Shown here piece after piece: positions 35,290 through 45,970 of a DNA stretch of 64,000 bases. Source of the stretch: a virus. Lineage: Duplodnaviria > Caudoviricetes. Both the position numbers and the translations under genes were made by a program. The notes under the pieces are model-generated. The model made no database searches. It saw only the letters and a list, made by a program, of their open reading frames with translations, and was not told the DNA's origin. The stretch is taken from positions 1-64,000 of IMG/VR virus record IMGVR_UViG_3300014205_000206; one strand, written 5' to 3'. Every line of letters starts with the position of its first letter. Position 1 is the stretch's first letter.

Positions 35290-35428
35290 CATTTCTTTTT
35301 TAAGACCTAGACTTTACGCAATATCTAGGCGACTCGGAAAACACTCTCCAGTGTCTACATCGATGAGAATGACGGGATGACCTTCTTCTTCCCCACCAAG
35401 CGTATCGATCTGGAAGTGGGTTCATGTG

Positions 35429-37060
35429 TTACTTAGATGCCTTGTTAGAAGGCTGTTTGTTGTGGTCTACCTTGTTCACTTTGCCCTTTTGGCCACTGTC
35501 TACCTGATTTGCAGCCGTGTCTTTTGCTTTAGCATTAGCTTGCACAAGCTCCAGCGCAGCCTTGCGTTCCACTTCAACCTGAGTAGGTTGGCTGCTGGCG
35601 ATACGGCTTTCTTCCTCAGCGAAGTCGATGCTTTCTGGCTCGATTTCGGAAGCCTGCGCGACTTCGAACAACGTCTCATCGGACATTCTCTTGGCAGCGT
35701 GCATTTCAAGCGCAGCCTTGAATCCTTCGATATTGCGGCTGACAGGTACGAACCTTCTATTAAGCTCTACTCCGCCCCATCCAGAATCGGCTCCGTATTC
35801 AACAAGCCCCATGTACTGCGCGGTGTAGTAGAACAACTTGTTGAACGAATCCTGCCACCCAAGAACAGCCGCTTCCAGCCTAGATGATGCCTTAGCGGCT
35901 CGAATCGATTCTCCGGTTGCCGTCAGGTTACCGGGAGCGGATGAAGAAATAGGCTCAGAAGCCAACTCGCGAGCGTCAGCTTCCATGGCGCTAAGTTCAG
36001 TTCTGAGCGAATCCCAAGACTTTCCGTTGGGTTCCACGAACTGCACGCTAGCTGCGCTGTCCGGAGAAACGAACATTCTCGATTGGCCGACCGGAACCGG
36101 ACGCTTCGTTTCGGGGTCAATCGGACCACCCGCCCAGTGAAGGATCGGGAAACCGCTGACATGCTGCGCGTTGTCGAGATCGCTCATCTTCTGATAATGG
36201 GCAATAGTCAGGTGGGCTAGGTCCAAGAACGCCGGATAGGCTTCGAACTGCGCCGCAAGCAGGAACGGGAAATCAACAAACGGGATGTCTACCTGCGGCT
36301 TCATGCTTCCAAATCCAACGACGCCCCATTCTCCGTCTACCTTGCCATCCTCGATTGGTCGCCAAACCTGCCAAGTTGCGTATCTGGATGGATCGCTAGG
36401 CGGTGCCAACGGATTGCCGGAGCGGAGTACCCGCACCTGATCGATTGCCTTCTTGGTCCAAGGGCCACTCTGAACGTAGGCGCGCTCGCGCAGTCTTACC
36501 ATTGTAAGTCGTTGTTCTTTTCCGAACGGTTCGTGCTGCCAGTCGATGACCGTCTTAGCTGGATACCTGCGCCAGAACGGAGCCCGCTTCAGCTTCTCCC
36601 ATTCCGCTTGAGTGAGTTCTTCGGCTCCAGATACGGTTGGATAGTCCACCAGAACGTAGTCTTCACCTTCGGCGGTAGATGACTGAGCTACGTTCATGCC
36701 GAATACGTGGAAGTTCGTTCCTCGACCATCTACATCGTCCATCATCCGTACGATCTCTTCAGGAGTGTCGGATCTGAACTTGGCATTCTTCGCGAACGCT
36801 CTGCCAACGCAGTCCTCGACGGCCTCCTTGAACATGTTCTTCAATCTGGACATGTTCACTCGGTTTTGCCACGGGTCTACGATTCCTACTCCGGGGACTG
36901 TTTCGATAGCCTCGGTTGGGTTCCTTGGAAGATAGATCGCCGCTGCATCCGGCTCCCTAAGACGAGTGATTCCTTCGTTCAGGTCGCGAGTAATGACGCG
37001 GATCTTTTCCAGCTTTTCAAACTGTAGGGACGGAGTATTTACGTTCGCAATGCCAGCCAT
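35429..37060 (-). CDS. portal protein (DUF4055-type)
   Basis: 543 aa directly after TerL; FLDLAHLTIAHYQKMSDLDNAQHVSGFP. Confidence 0.85.
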   Translation of the reverse strand: MAGIANVNTPSLQFEKLEKIRVITRDLNEGITRLREPDAAAIYLPRNPTEAIETVPGVGIVDPWQNRVNMSRLKNMFKEAVEDCVGRAFAKNAKFRSDTPEEIVRMMDDVDGRGTNFHVFGMNVAQSSTAEGEDYVLVDYPTVSGAEELTQAEWEKLKRAPFWRRYPAKTVIDWQHEPFGKEQRLTMVRLRERAYVQSGPWTKKAIDQVRVLRSGNPLAPPSDPSRYATWQVWRPIEDGKVDGEWGVVGFGSMKPQVDIPFVDFPFLLAAQFEAYPAFLDLAHLTIAHYQKMSDLDNAQHVSGFPILHWAGGPIDPETKRPVPVGQSRMFVSPDSAASVQFVEPNGKSWDSLRTELSAMEADARELASEPISSSAPGNLTATGESIRAAKASSRLEAAVLGWQDSFNKLFYYTAQYMGLVEYGADSGWGGVELNRRFVPVSRNIEGFKAALEMHAAKRMSDETLFEVAQASEIEPESIDFAEEESRIASSQPTQVEVERKAALELVQANAKAKDTAANQVDSGQKGKVNKVDHNKQPSNKASK

Positions 37061-37069
37061 ATTTGCTCC

Positions 37070-38392
37070 TTAGACTCCGAGCATTCCTACAGTTGAACCG
37101 GTCGTTCCCATAGGCTTTCCAAGTGGGAACATTTCGTGAACCATGTAGCCAAGTGCGTCCGTAACGTGATCGAGTCCGGTCGTTTTGTCAGGCTGACTCG
37201 TTCCTTCTTTGTAGGTCAACCCTTCAAGTCCTTTGAGTAGATTGACGCATCTTGGATGCAAAAACAGCCTGCTTCTGCCAGCCGCGTTCATGCAGAGTGT
37301 ATTCACTTCGTTGATTCTGTCAACGACCGCAGGGTGCGTTTTCCCGGCAACTACCGAAAATCCAGCCGCCCTAAGCAACGAAAAGTCAGTTTGACCAACA
37401 ACGGCGGATGTCTTTCTTTGGTTTCCGCTTGGGTCTGGATAGACGATAATCGGACGACGCTCAGCCCTGCCGTCGCCACGAGTTGCTGCCCTACCAAGCT
37501 TCCACCTGCGCAAGAACACATTGATCGCTTCGATCATCTCGGAAGTAGACGAGTTTTCTAGCACGATTTCGTCGTGGATGTGCAGTTCATCGCCAGCCCT
37601 AGACGCCAGCACGGCGGTCATCGGGTCGACGTTGAAGTCCATTCCAATGTGCAGAGTAGATCCAAGATCAGCAATGTCGTGGGACGAGTTGCGCTGGCGT
37701 TCGAACCCAGTGTAGACGCGGCCTTCTGGGGCTTCGAAACAAGCTTCGTATTCTTGTCGAAACTTCGCTGGCGTCATATCTCGACGCGCAGCCGCGATCT
37801 CAGCATCAGGAACTAGACCACCCTGCAACGTGGTGAATTGGAACGTTGCCCACCCTTCGTGTCTACGTGCTTGCGCTGTCGTAAAAAGGTCGTAGAAGTG
37901 GCCTAGACCCTTCGGTGTACCCGTGAACAAAGCTTCGCCTTGTCGATCCGACAGCGCAGGTCGGATGACTTCGTTCCAAGTTGCCGGGTCAATGTCTTTG
38001 TATTCGTCGAAAACGACGAAATCTAGACCGGGTCCTCGCAACGAGTCGGGGTTGTCTGCACCTCGAAGCGAGATTCTAGAATTGTAGGGTTTAATGGTGA
38101 GCGTGAGGCTGGTTTCGTCCTTCTTGGCGATCATGTCCCGAGGGACAGTTCTCATCAAGTCTCGCCAGATAACGTCCTTAGCCTGTCGATACGTGGGCGC
38201 GATGAACCACACGTTCTTGTCTATGCCAGTTTGCGCGGCTCGGCACAGCTCGGCAATGTCCAAGTACGTCTTTCCGAATCGACGGCCAGCTACAAGGATT
38301 CTGAAACGAGAAGGATCTCGCCATACTTGAAACTGCGGAGCGGAAAGTGGGGTATTGTTTACCTCCACTTTTTCATCAAGAGGCTGGCTCAC
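37070..38392 (-). CDS. terL: terminase large subunit
   Basis: AGRRFGKT Walker A, FVVFDEY Walker B, TGTPKG, GMDFNVDP and DHVTDALGY; start uncertain (GTG 38392). Confidence 0.95.
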   Translation of the reverse strand: MSQPLDEKVEVNNTPLSAPQFQVWRDPSRFRILVAGRRFGKTYLDIAELCRAAQTGIDKNVWFIAPTYRQAKDVIWRDLMRTVPRDMIAKKDETSLTLTIKPYNSRISLRGADNPDSLRGPGLDFVVFDEYKDIDPATWNEVIRPALSDRQGEALFTGTPKGLGHFYDLFTTAQARRHEGWATFQFTTLQGGLVPDAEIAAARRDMTPAKFRQEYEACFEAPEGRVYTGFERQRNSSHDIADLGSTLHIGMDFNVDPMTAVLASRAGDELHIHDEIVLENSSTSEMIEAINVFLRRWKLGRAATRGDGRAERRPIIVYPDPSGNQRKTSAVVGQTDFSLLRAAGFSVVAGKTHPAVVDRINEVNTLCMNAAGRSRLFLHPRCVNLLKGLEGLTYKEGTSQPDKTTGLDHVTDALGYMVHEMFPLGKPMGTTGSTVGMLGV

Positions 38393-38765
38393 CGGGTCCC
38401 AATAGCGCGGGCTCGTTCGGCACAATGACCGCCAAGTCCCCGCGCTTCGGCATGAACGGAATCGTGATCGATCCATTCAGGATGATGTCAGACTTGTCTC
38501 CGTACCCACGGTCGCGCATCTGGCGCTCTGCGAAGAACTTCAGCGCCCACGGTTCCCCTTTTTGGAGAGCCTCGATGATTTTCAGTTCAACGAAGTCTTT
38601 GGTTGCTTCTTTTTCGTTGAAAGCTGCATCTTTCAGGGTGGGAACTGCCTTAATCCTGTTCTGCAATTCCTTCGGATCGCACCCAAGCTTCTTGGACGCG
38701 ATGTAAATCATTCCTTTCGAAGCCTTGATGGCATCAAGGATCTCTTTGTCAGAAATCAAAAGCAT
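38376..38765 (-). CDS. terS: terminase small subunit
   Basis: N-terminal HTH-like segment; overlaps the TerL start. Confidence 0.75.
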   Translation of the reverse strand: MLLISDKEILDAIKASKGMIYIASKKLGCDPKELQNRIKAVPTLKDAAFNEKEATKDFVELKIIEALQKGEPWALKFFAERQMRDRGYGDKSDIILNGSITIPFMPKRGDLAVIVPNEPALLGPGEPAS

Positions 38766-38838
38766 TCAAAATCTCCTAGCGGGATTACTATGCCAACTTC
38801 GGCATACCCGCTAGTATCTCACACGACTTCTGCTTTGG

Positions 38839-39309
38839 CTACTTCAGCTTGGCGTCGTTCTCGTCGCCTGGGTCGCCATGAACGGCCGAGTCGCACTTGA
38901 CACCGCCGATGACATCATCGCCCGAGTCAACATGAACGATCTTTGGCTCCCTATGCATGATGGACCAATTTGTAGCCAAAACGGACTCGTTCAGTTTCTT
39001 GGAAGCGAAGTTCTCGATGGATTCGAGCACGCCCAACGACAACTCGCCTTCGTTGGTTCCGCATTCGAATGCCATAGCCGACGAAGCGCCTTCCTTGTTG
39101 ACGAAAACGAACCTAACCAAACTAATCTCGTTTTCTGTCGATTCTGGAGTAGACAGTTCTCTTGAATAGAGCAGCGACTCGATCAAAAACTCAACCGCTT
39201 CAGCCTTGCCTACGAGATTGACGTTCCCTTTGTCGCACGAAACGTTCGCCATCACAACCTTCGAACCTACCGAACCGACTGGCTCGGTTTCAACTTTCCA
39301 TGTCTTCAT
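38839..39309 (-). CDS. hypothetical protein (MKTWKVET...)
   Basis: GGAGG RBS before ATG 39309. Confidence 0.55.
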   Translation of the reverse strand: MKTWKVETEPVGSVGSKVVMANVSCDKGNVNLVGKAEAVEFLIESLLYSRELSTPESTENEISLVRFVFVNKEGASSAMAFECGTNEGELSLGVLESIENFASKKLNESVLATNWSIMHREPKIVHVDSGDDVIGGVKCDSAVHGDPGDENDAKLK

Positions 39310-39317
39310 GTTGCCTC

Positions 39318-40442
39318 CTATGCTGCGTGGATGAGTACGTTGTCTCGGATAGCCGACGCCACAGCATGCATCATCAGCGGCGGTACGGCGTTTCCGAGGC
39401 GAGTCCAGCGCTCCGCGAATGTCCCGGTCATCTTGAAGTCGTCTGGGAACGAGCAAATACGCTTTACTTCGAGAATCGTGAACCTTCTTGGCTCGTATGG
39501 ATGAGCAATACCATGCATTGTGGTGCATCCATGAGCTGCGTTGATGGTCGGGCAAGGGAACCGTTCGTCTACTCGCGTGCAGTTGAAGTTGATCGGGTGG
39601 TTGCTGCCAATCGGGCATTCGCGCCATGCGATCTTGCCGCTAACGCCCAATTCCATCTCCGCATGCTCGATTGGGTCTTCGCAGATAGGATGCTGTGTAT
39701 CAATTCTTCGCTCTCCGTCTTTTCTTCCAATCCACGGGCATGCGTCGGAAACTGAGTAATACCAGTCGTTTGGCGTCGGGTAACGGTTTATCTTGCCAAC
39801 CTTCTGTATCACTTTTTTGGCAATGTCATTTCGAATTCCAACAAAAATGACCCGTTGACGAGCTTGTGGAACACCCAACCACCTCGAATCGATGACAGCC
39901 GCTTGGGTGTCGTATCCAGCTTCCTTCATCCAAGCCAGAACCATCTTGAAGTAGCCTTTTGCGGCCCCTTTGATGAGTCCTGTGACGTTTTCGGCTACGA
40001 ACGTTTTCGGCTGGAGTTCTTTGATGAGCCGGATGTACTCTTCAAATAGGTCATCTGACCTTTGGTTAGTCCCGTCACCGTGCGCGAAGGTTTTACCCCA
40101 ACCTTTTTCGCGTAGTCCCGTACTTGAAAACGATTGACAAGGAGGACTACCATCAAACAGGTCCAATTCACCGTGCTTGATGCCAGTTGCTTCAAGGACG
40201 CTAGTCCCTTTGACAGTGCGGATGTCTCGGCCATCGGCAACGCACCCCTCTTGACAGTTCATTTTATAGGTTTTCAGGGCAGTTGGTTCAAATTCGTTTG
40301 CCCACCTAACATTGAACCCCGCAAGCCTATAGCCAGTGCAGGAACCGCCAGCGCCGGAAAACGTAGATGCAACGTTGAAACCCGTTGAACCTTCGTGCTC
40401 CAAAACGTCTTTCATCAAGAGAGGTACGTACTTTGGCTTCAC
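39318..40442 (-). CDS. C5-cytosine DNA methyltransferase
   Basis: FSGAGG (motif I), GSPPCQSF (IV), ENV (VI), QARQRV (VIII) and GNAVPP (X). Confidence 0.95.
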   Translation of the reverse strand: MKPKYVPLLMKDVLEHEGSTGFNVASTFSGAGGSCTGYRLAGFNVRWANEFEPTALKTYKMNCQEGCVADGRDIRTVKGTSVLEATGIKHGELDLFDGSPPCQSFSSTGLREKGWGKTFAHGDGTNQRSDDLFEEYIRLIKELQPKTFVAENVTGLIKGAAKGYFKMVLAWMKEAGYDTQAAVIDSRWLGVPQARQRVIFVGIRNDIAKKVIQKVGKINRYPTPNDWYYSVSDACPWIGRKDGERRIDTQHPICEDPIEHAEMELGVSGKIAWRECPIGSNHPINFNCTRVDERFPCPTINAAHGCTTMHGIAHPYEPRRFTILEVKRICSFPDDFKMTGTFAERWTRLGNAVPPLMMHAVASAIRDNVLIHAA

Positions 40443-40966
40443 GACTGATTGGCCTTTCCTGACCACTGGAAGCCACACTTGGGGCATTCAAAGTCGGTCT
40501 TGATGCTTTCATCGACCGTTCCAAACTCCGCTGGCGGCTCAGGAGGCTCGATGGAGTCTACCAGGCGCTCGAATTCCTTGTCGGTCCATCCAACCAACTC
40601 TACACCGTCTGCTTGCAGCTGCGCCAAAAGCTCATTGAGCGCATGGGCATCCCAGGCGGACAGGTCGCTAGTCCTGTTGTCCGCGATAGCGAAAGCAATC
40701 GCGTCGTTGCCCGTCAACTCGGTCCTAACAATGTCAATGTACTCCCAACCGAGCTTGCGAGCTGCTTCTAGGGCACCGTTTCCGGCGATGACAACGTCAT
40801 CCTTACCAACGACAATCGGCTTTTGCTGCCCGAATCGCTCTAGCGATTGGCAAATAGCAGCGAGGTTTCGTTCCGGATGGATACGTGCGTTTTTGGGGTC
40901 GTACTTCAGCGAATCCACATGGACTCGCTCGACAATCAAGGCTGTTTTGGATGTTTGTTCTGTCAC
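40439..40966 (-). CDS. ParB/sulfiredoxin N-terminal domain protein
   Basis: LKYDPKNARIH...FGQQKPIVV...IAGNG...IADNRTSDLS...FECPKCG. Confidence 0.9.
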   Translation of the reverse strand: MTEQTSKTALIVERVHVDSLKYDPKNARIHPERNLAAICQSLERFGQQKPIVVGKDDVVIAGNGALEAARKLGWEYIDIVRTELTGNDAIAFAIADNRTSDLSAWDAHALNELLAQLQADGVELVGWTDKEFERLVDSIEPPEPPAEFGTVDESIKTDFECPKCGFQWSGKANQS

Positions 40967-41676
40967 TTTACCTCCTCGTCGTTGGGTTCTAGGGCTTCCG
41001 AAAGCATGTCGAAGTAATACTCAGAATACTTACTAACAGTGGCGGATTCTATCGCTTTTACAACGCTGATCGGAACAACTCCTTTTGCCGCATTCCCAAG
41101 CGGCTTGATCGCGATGGCGAACTCATGCGGGTGCATGTTCGCATTTTTCGCGCTTGCAAGAATGTTGTCATATGCCTCTTTAACCTTAGCCAAGGACGTT
41201 ACTGGACCAATGATTTTTCCAGGTTTGGTCTTTGTGTCGAAAATGCCAATGTTGGGGTATTTAAGCGAATCTTTCAACTTCAACATCGGCATCGGCTGGA
41301 ATGATTTCTCAGCCGTATCTTTTTTTGTTTGATCCGTGGCCAAACCATCTGGAACGTCAGAATCCCCGCGCCTAACTACCATTCCATCAGCAACCAATTT
41401 ACCGTCTTTTCTTGTCGGCATCCACTTCCCTGCGACGGACTTCTTTTTTGGCATATCCCCCCATCCTTCCGCAACTTCATCGAAGGACACAGTTTTTATT
41501 TTAACACCGCTAAATGGGACGTAATCTAGTGCATTTACCCAATTCTCCATCATCTTCTTTTTCAGTTCGTCTTGTTCAAAAGCCCAATAAAACTTGTTAG
41601 CACCAGGATTTGGGGTTGGGCTGTAGATCGGTGTCGCGAAAATCGAGCTTGTAAGTTTTTTGGTGTCGTCATCCAT
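40963..41676 (-). CDS. hypothetical protein, first gene of the late operon
   Basis: Long ORF with GGGAGG RBS; overlaps the ParB-N start. Confidence 0.6.
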   Translation of the reverse strand: MDDDTKKLTSSIFATPIYSPTPNPGANKFYWAFEQDELKKKMMENWVNALDYVPFSGVKIKTVSFDEVAEGWGDMPKKKSVAGKWMPTRKDGKLVADGMVVRRGDSDVPDGLATDQTKKDTAEKSFQPMPMLKLKDSLKYPNIGIFDTKTKPGKIIGPVTSLAKVKEAYDNILASAKNANMHPHEFAIAIKPLGNAAKGVVPISVVKAIESATVSKYSEYYFDMLSEALEPNDEEVK

Positions 41677-41801
41677 GGCATTCCTCCCCTTGTACGCCAC
41701 CCATTATATCTAGTAAATTGCCGAATGCAACATGTTTTTTCAATAGAAGGCATGGCTATAAACAGCCTATTTTCAACGGTTTATCCAAACTAAAATAAAT
41801 G

Positions 41802-41830
41802 TTTACATTCTGGAGGCATTTATTTATACT
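41802..41830 (+). promoter_or_regulatory. sigma70 promoter in the divergent intergenic region
   Basis: TTTACA-17 nt-TATACT. Confidence 0.65.
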
Positions 41831-41851
41831 AGCAAAACGGAGGATTTCTGA

Positions 41852-42253
41852 ATGGGTAATAGCACCGTACAGGTCAAAAGATCAATCAAAAAGGGTCGCC
41901 CGGCGACCATCGATACCACCAAACCACAAAAACTAACGCTCTACCACTGCACGGCGGAGTTGAAGCTACAGCTCATCCACGAAGCGGACGAGATGGACTT
42001 GCCTCTATCCACGTACGTCTGCATGGCGTTGCAGGGTGCTGGCCGCGAAGTGCGAAAAGCAGCCGCCATGGAACTGGCCATCGAGATGGAACAAAAGCAA
42101 GACCCGACAGTGTCTTACAAGGTCACTCCGGATCAGATCAATGCGTTCGAAGCAGCATTGCTGGCCAGCCGCGATGATGACGAAAGTAAGATAGAACAAG
42201 ACAAGAAAGAAGCCGAAGAGTTGCTGTCGAAAATCGCAGATTACGACATCTAA
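41852..42253 (+). CDS. hypothetical, possibly ribbon-helix-helix DNA-binding protein
   Basis: KLTLYHCTAELKLQLIHEADEMDLPLSTYVCMALQ strand-helix-helix pattern. Confidence 0.5.
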   Translation: MGNSTVQVKRSIKKGRPATIDTTKPQKLTLYHCTAELKLQLIHEADEMDLPLSTYVCMALQGAGREVRKAAAMELAIEMEQKQDPTVSYKVTPDQINAFEAALLASRDDDESKIEQDKKEAEELLSKIADYDI

Positions 42254-42262
42254 GGAGCCTAT

Positions 42263-42691
42263 GTGGGAAAAAGCGAATATCCAAGGGTCGAAGACCTGCT
42301 GAACAGAATCGAAGAACGGGAACAAATCCATGGGCTGGTCGAGCCCAAACAACGTTCTGTTGCCAAGTACAAAAAAGAACCGAAAAGCAGGATTGAACGA
42401 CCGGCGCTCAAGGTGGGTAAGAGGATCGTCTATGCCGTAGGTTTGCATCGATGGAGTCGCGGCGAGGTAAAGGGCTATGCTCTAGGCATAATTCTAGACT
42501 GGAACACCGACAATTCTTGGTGGTATCGAACCCAGCTTATCGTGCAAACGATCAAGGTATCCAATCCATCGCTTGAGCATTTGGTTGGTCATCTCAGCGC
42601 CGTAGACATTGGCGAATGGGGAGATAGTCCGCAATCGCACATGCCGTTTCTTGTACCTGAAGAGGGGAATCCAAGTGACTACAAGCTATAA
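42263..42691 (+). CDS. hypothetical protein
   Basis: AAGGAG RBS; 142 aa. Confidence 0.65.
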   Translation: MGKSEYPRVEDLLNRIEEREQIHGLVEPKQRSVAKYKKEPKSRIERPALKVGKRIVYAVGLHRWSRGEVKGYALGIILDWNTDNSWWYRTQLIVQTIKVSNPSLEHLVGHLSAVDIGEWGDSPQSHMPFLVPEEGNPSDYKL

Positions 42692-43249
42692 AGCAAACGA
42701 CGACTGGAACAAGCCGGAGAAAAGACCTGCCACACCCATCAGCACCCGCCGGTTGCGTACCGAGAAATCGAAAGTAGCTAGAGCATGCGTCGAATGTGGT
42801 GAGCCGTTCTATCCATGGAAGTGCGGACCCGGAATCTGCTGCTCGCGTCGATGCCGGTCGCGTCATAACCTGAAAAAGCGAAGCGCGGACGAGATGGGGA
42901 CGCTTTACAGACAAGAAAAGCTGGATACGAATGGAGCTAAGCCATGAAACTGACAGTTGGTGACATCTACAAGCACGAAGTAATCGGAGAGATCGTCCTT
43001 ATCGGACACGCCAACGAACAGGGAGGGGTCTGCGATGACTGCACACACGAATTCCTTCGCCACAGTGGTCATGGCCTCGCAGAAGGATGGACGCTCATCG
43101 ACAACGTCCGAGCCGAGCTTGAAACCGTCAAAAAGCGAGCCTACATCGTCTGCCCAAACTGCAATAAACTCGTAAAGACTAAGTTCGAACACGAAGAAGT
43201 CAGCCACCATAACGGTGACTACTACTGGGGATGCACACGCGCAAAATGA
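42675..43249 (+). CDS. two small zinc-ribbon hypothetical proteins (42675-42947 and 42944-43249)
   Basis: CVEC/CSRRC and CPNC motifs; ATGA overlap. Confidence 0.55.
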
Positions 43250-44952
43250 ACGAACCGACGACAGTACGAGTTGAACAACCGGTCTACGGAGCGCAACAAC
43301 TCGTCGCTCGAGCTCCGTACGAATTCCGGTTCAAGCTGGCGGACATACCTGGGGCCAAATGGAGCGGCACAAAAAAGGCTTGGACGTATCCTGTCTCACC
43401 TACAACCGCCGTCTATCTGGCCGGATTGCTGGGAGACGCGGCATTTCAGGCGGATGCAGCCGCTATGGCTCTTTTGAATTCAGGGCGATCCAACCATCAG
43501 GTCAGCGCGTCCAAGGTGGCGGCGTCCGCCAAGGCTGGTGACCTTGAACCGCTACCGTTTGAAGTCGTCACGCAGCCATGGGCTCACCAACTCGGCATGG
43601 TCCGTTTCACTGAGCCCCTACCAGCCGCGCTATGGAACGTCGGACTTGGCGCAGGCAAGTCCAGAGCCGCATTGGACTTGATCCGACTTCGAAAGCACGC
43701 CAAAACGCTCATTGTAGCTCCACTTTCTGTCGTTCCGTCGTGGGCCGAGCAAGTACGACGCCATGCTCCGGGTGCAGTTCGCATCGTTACCCTCAACGAG
43801 GGGTCAACCGCATCTAGGGCCAAGAAAGCAGCCGAAGCGTGGGCTCGTGGAACACCCGAAATGCCGTCAATCGTCGTTACGAACTACGCTTGTGCGTACA
43901 CACTGGTTTTCTTGCACGCCATGTCGGCGGCGAAACTTGATTTTATGGTCTGCGATGAGGTGCATGCTATTAAAGCACCTCAAGGGAAGCAGAGCATCGC
44001 TCTTTCACGCGCTGCGGTAGGAATTCCGTACCGTTTGGGGCTTTCTGGCACTCCGTTGCCGAACAGCCCGATGGATGGATACGGCGTATTCCGATTCCTA
44101 GACCCCGGAGTGTTTGGAAAGTCGTACGTTGCATTTAGAACCCGTTTCGCCAGAATGGGAGGTTTTCAGGGCAAACAAGTGATGGGATACCAAAATATCG
44201 ACGAATTTTCTCGTCGAATCGCCCCATTTACCTATGAAGTGGACCGTTCTGTGCTTGATTTGCCTCCATTTACGCATATCGAACGAGTTTTTACGCTCAA
44301 TCCGGAGGCTGCTGCGTTCTACAATGAACTCAAGAACGATCTAATCTCCACCGTCAATGAAGGTGTCGTCACAGCGACCAACGCACTCACCAAACTGCTC
44401 CGATTGTCGCAAGTAGCGTCCGGACATGTCGGAATGGACATCGACCCGGCTGATTTTGACGAAAACGGCACCGCTCCAGAGCGCAAAATCACCGAAATCC
44501 ACACCCAGAAGCAGCAACTACTACGTGAAGTGCTAGAAGAGATCGATCCAAAAGAGCCGGTCGTGATCTTCACTCGCTTTAAGCACGACATGACCCAAGT
44601 TCGAACCGCATGTGAAGGGCTAGGCGAAGTTGCCGAGCTTTCCGGATCGGTCAAAGAGCTTGAAAAGTGGCAAAAACCTGATGGACCGAGGTTCCTTGCT
44701 GTACAAATTCAATCTGGAGCCGAAGGAATCGACCTTACTAGGTCGGCGTACTCGGTGTATTTTTCGAAAGATTTTTCTAGGAGCCGCTACATACAATCCT
44801 TGGCGCGTTCACACCGTCCGGGGCAACACAAAGCGGTCACCTACGTCCATCTAATCGCAGAAAACACCGTTGACAGGTCAATTATGAAAGCGATGGAGAA
44901 AAAAGGTAAGCTAGTCGATGAAGTTCTAGATGAAATCAGAAAATGGTCCTGA
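43246..44952 (+). CDS. SNF2-family helicase
   Basis: VGLGAGKS, CDEVH, LSGTP, VIFTRF, EGIDLT and QSLARSHRPGQ motifs. Confidence 0.92.
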   Translation: MNEPTTVRVEQPVYGAQQLVARAPYEFRFKLADIPGAKWSGTKKAWTYPVSPTTAVYLAGLLGDAAFQADAAAMALLNSGRSNHQVSASKVAASAKAGDLEPLPFEVVTQPWAHQLGMVRFTEPLPAALWNVGLGAGKSRAALDLIRLRKHAKTLIVAPLSVVPSWAEQVRRHAPGAVRIVTLNEGSTASRAKKAAEAWARGTPEMPSIVVTNYACAYTLVFLHAMSAAKLDFMVCDEVHAIKAPQGKQSIALSRAAVGIPYRLGLSGTPLPNSPMDGYGVFRFLDPGVFGKSYVAFRTRFARMGGFQGKQVMGYQNIDEFSRRIAPFTYEVDRSVLDLPPFTHIERVFTLNPEAAAFYNELKNDLISTVNEGVVTATNALTKLLRLSQVASGHVGMDIDPADFDENGTAPERKITEIHTQKQQLLREVLEEIDPKEPVVIFTRFKHDMTQVRTACEGLGEVAELSGSVKELEKWQKPDGPRFLAVQIQSGAEGIDLTRSAYSVYFSKDFSRSRYIQSLARSHRPGQHKAVTYVHLIAENTVDRSIMKAMEKKGKLVDEVLDEIRKWS

Positions 44953-45734
44953 AATCAGGCATCTACACGATTCGTAACGTCGTCAACGGGAAGCGATACG
45001 TTGGATCAGCCAAAAATCTGACTAGTAGATGGAATGCACACAGAAACGGACTCAAACTAGGGAAGCACGAAAACTCGCATTTGCAAAAATCATGGAACAA
45101 ACACGGAGAACCGGCTTTTTTATTTGAAGTTATACTTTTTTGCCAACCCGAACACCTGATTTTCTACGAGCAAATATGCATCGATACGTTAAAACCTAAG
45201 TACAACATATGCATGACCGCTGGATCTTTGCTTGGTTATAAGCAAACAGAAGAAGTTAAGGCCAAGATGAGCGAGGCGAGAAAAGGCTGGAATCCAAGCG
45301 AATCGGTTAGAGCTAACATGAGTATCGCAGCAAAAGGGAGAAAATTTAGCAACGAAACGAAAGCAAAAATAAAAGCTTCTTTGGTCAATTATTGGTCAAA
45401 TCAACCGGACAGGAGGAAGCAAGTAAGTCAAATGTTTAAGGGTAAAAATCAAAGCGAGGAAGCTAAAGCAAAAAGGAGTGCGGCAATGAAAGGAAAGAAG
45501 CTTAGCGAAGAAACAAAATCTAAGATTAGCGCAGCAAACATGGGAAAGAAGCCAAGCGAAGAAACTAGAGCTAAGATGAGTGCAGCAAAGAATGGCCATA
45601 ATCCTAGTAAAGAAACTAGGGCTAAGCTTAGCGCAGCAGGCCGAAAACGCAAGTTTAGTGAAGAAAGCAGGTCTAAAATAAGCGCAGCAATGTTCGCCAG
45701 GTGGGCAAAAAAGAAAGAACTAGCAGCCCAATGA
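44943..45734 (+). CDS. GIY-YIG homing endonuclease with NUMOD3 repeats
   Basis: GIYTIRN...YVGSA...RWNAH; repeated SEETKAKMS units. Confidence 0.92.
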   Translation: MVLKSGIYTIRNVVNGKRYVGSAKNLTSRWNAHRNGLKLGKHENSHLQKSWNKHGEPAFLFEVILFCQPEHLIFYEQICIDTLKPKYNICMTAGSLLGYKQTEEVKAKMSEARKGWNPSESVRANMSIAAKGRKFSNETKAKIKASLVNYWSNQPDRRKQVSQMFKGKNQSEEAKAKRSAAMKGKKLSEETKSKISAANMGKKPSEETRAKMSAAKNGHNPSKETRAKLSAAGRKRKFSEESRSKISAAMFARWAKKKELAAQ

Positions 45735-45946
45735 CCATCGTCCACAAGTACGACATCGCCGTCAAGGACGCGCTGGAACCGAGGTTGTGTAAGCGCCGCG
45801 AGGCCAGTGAACCGCTACCAACAGACGAAGAACTTGAAAAACGCCTAGAAAGCTGCTCGACACACTGGCGCAGGGTGACTTGCAAAGAATGCAAGCGCAT
45901 CGGGGCCAGCCGTGGTGTCAACTTTATCTGGGACCCGTACTCTTAA
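45731..45946 (+). CDS. small hypothetical protein
   Basis: ATGA overlap; CKEC motif. Confidence 0.55.
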   Translation: MTIVHKYDIAVKDALEPRLCKRREASEPLPTDEELEKRLESCSTHWRRVTCKECKRIGASRGVNFIWDPYS

Positions 45947-45970
45947 CCGCTTCACAACTAGGGGAAAACA

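Noticed and set aside
33467-44952. Introns or inteins in MCP, portal, TerL or helicase
   Set aside because: Frames are continuous with normal lengths and show no intein-like insertion.
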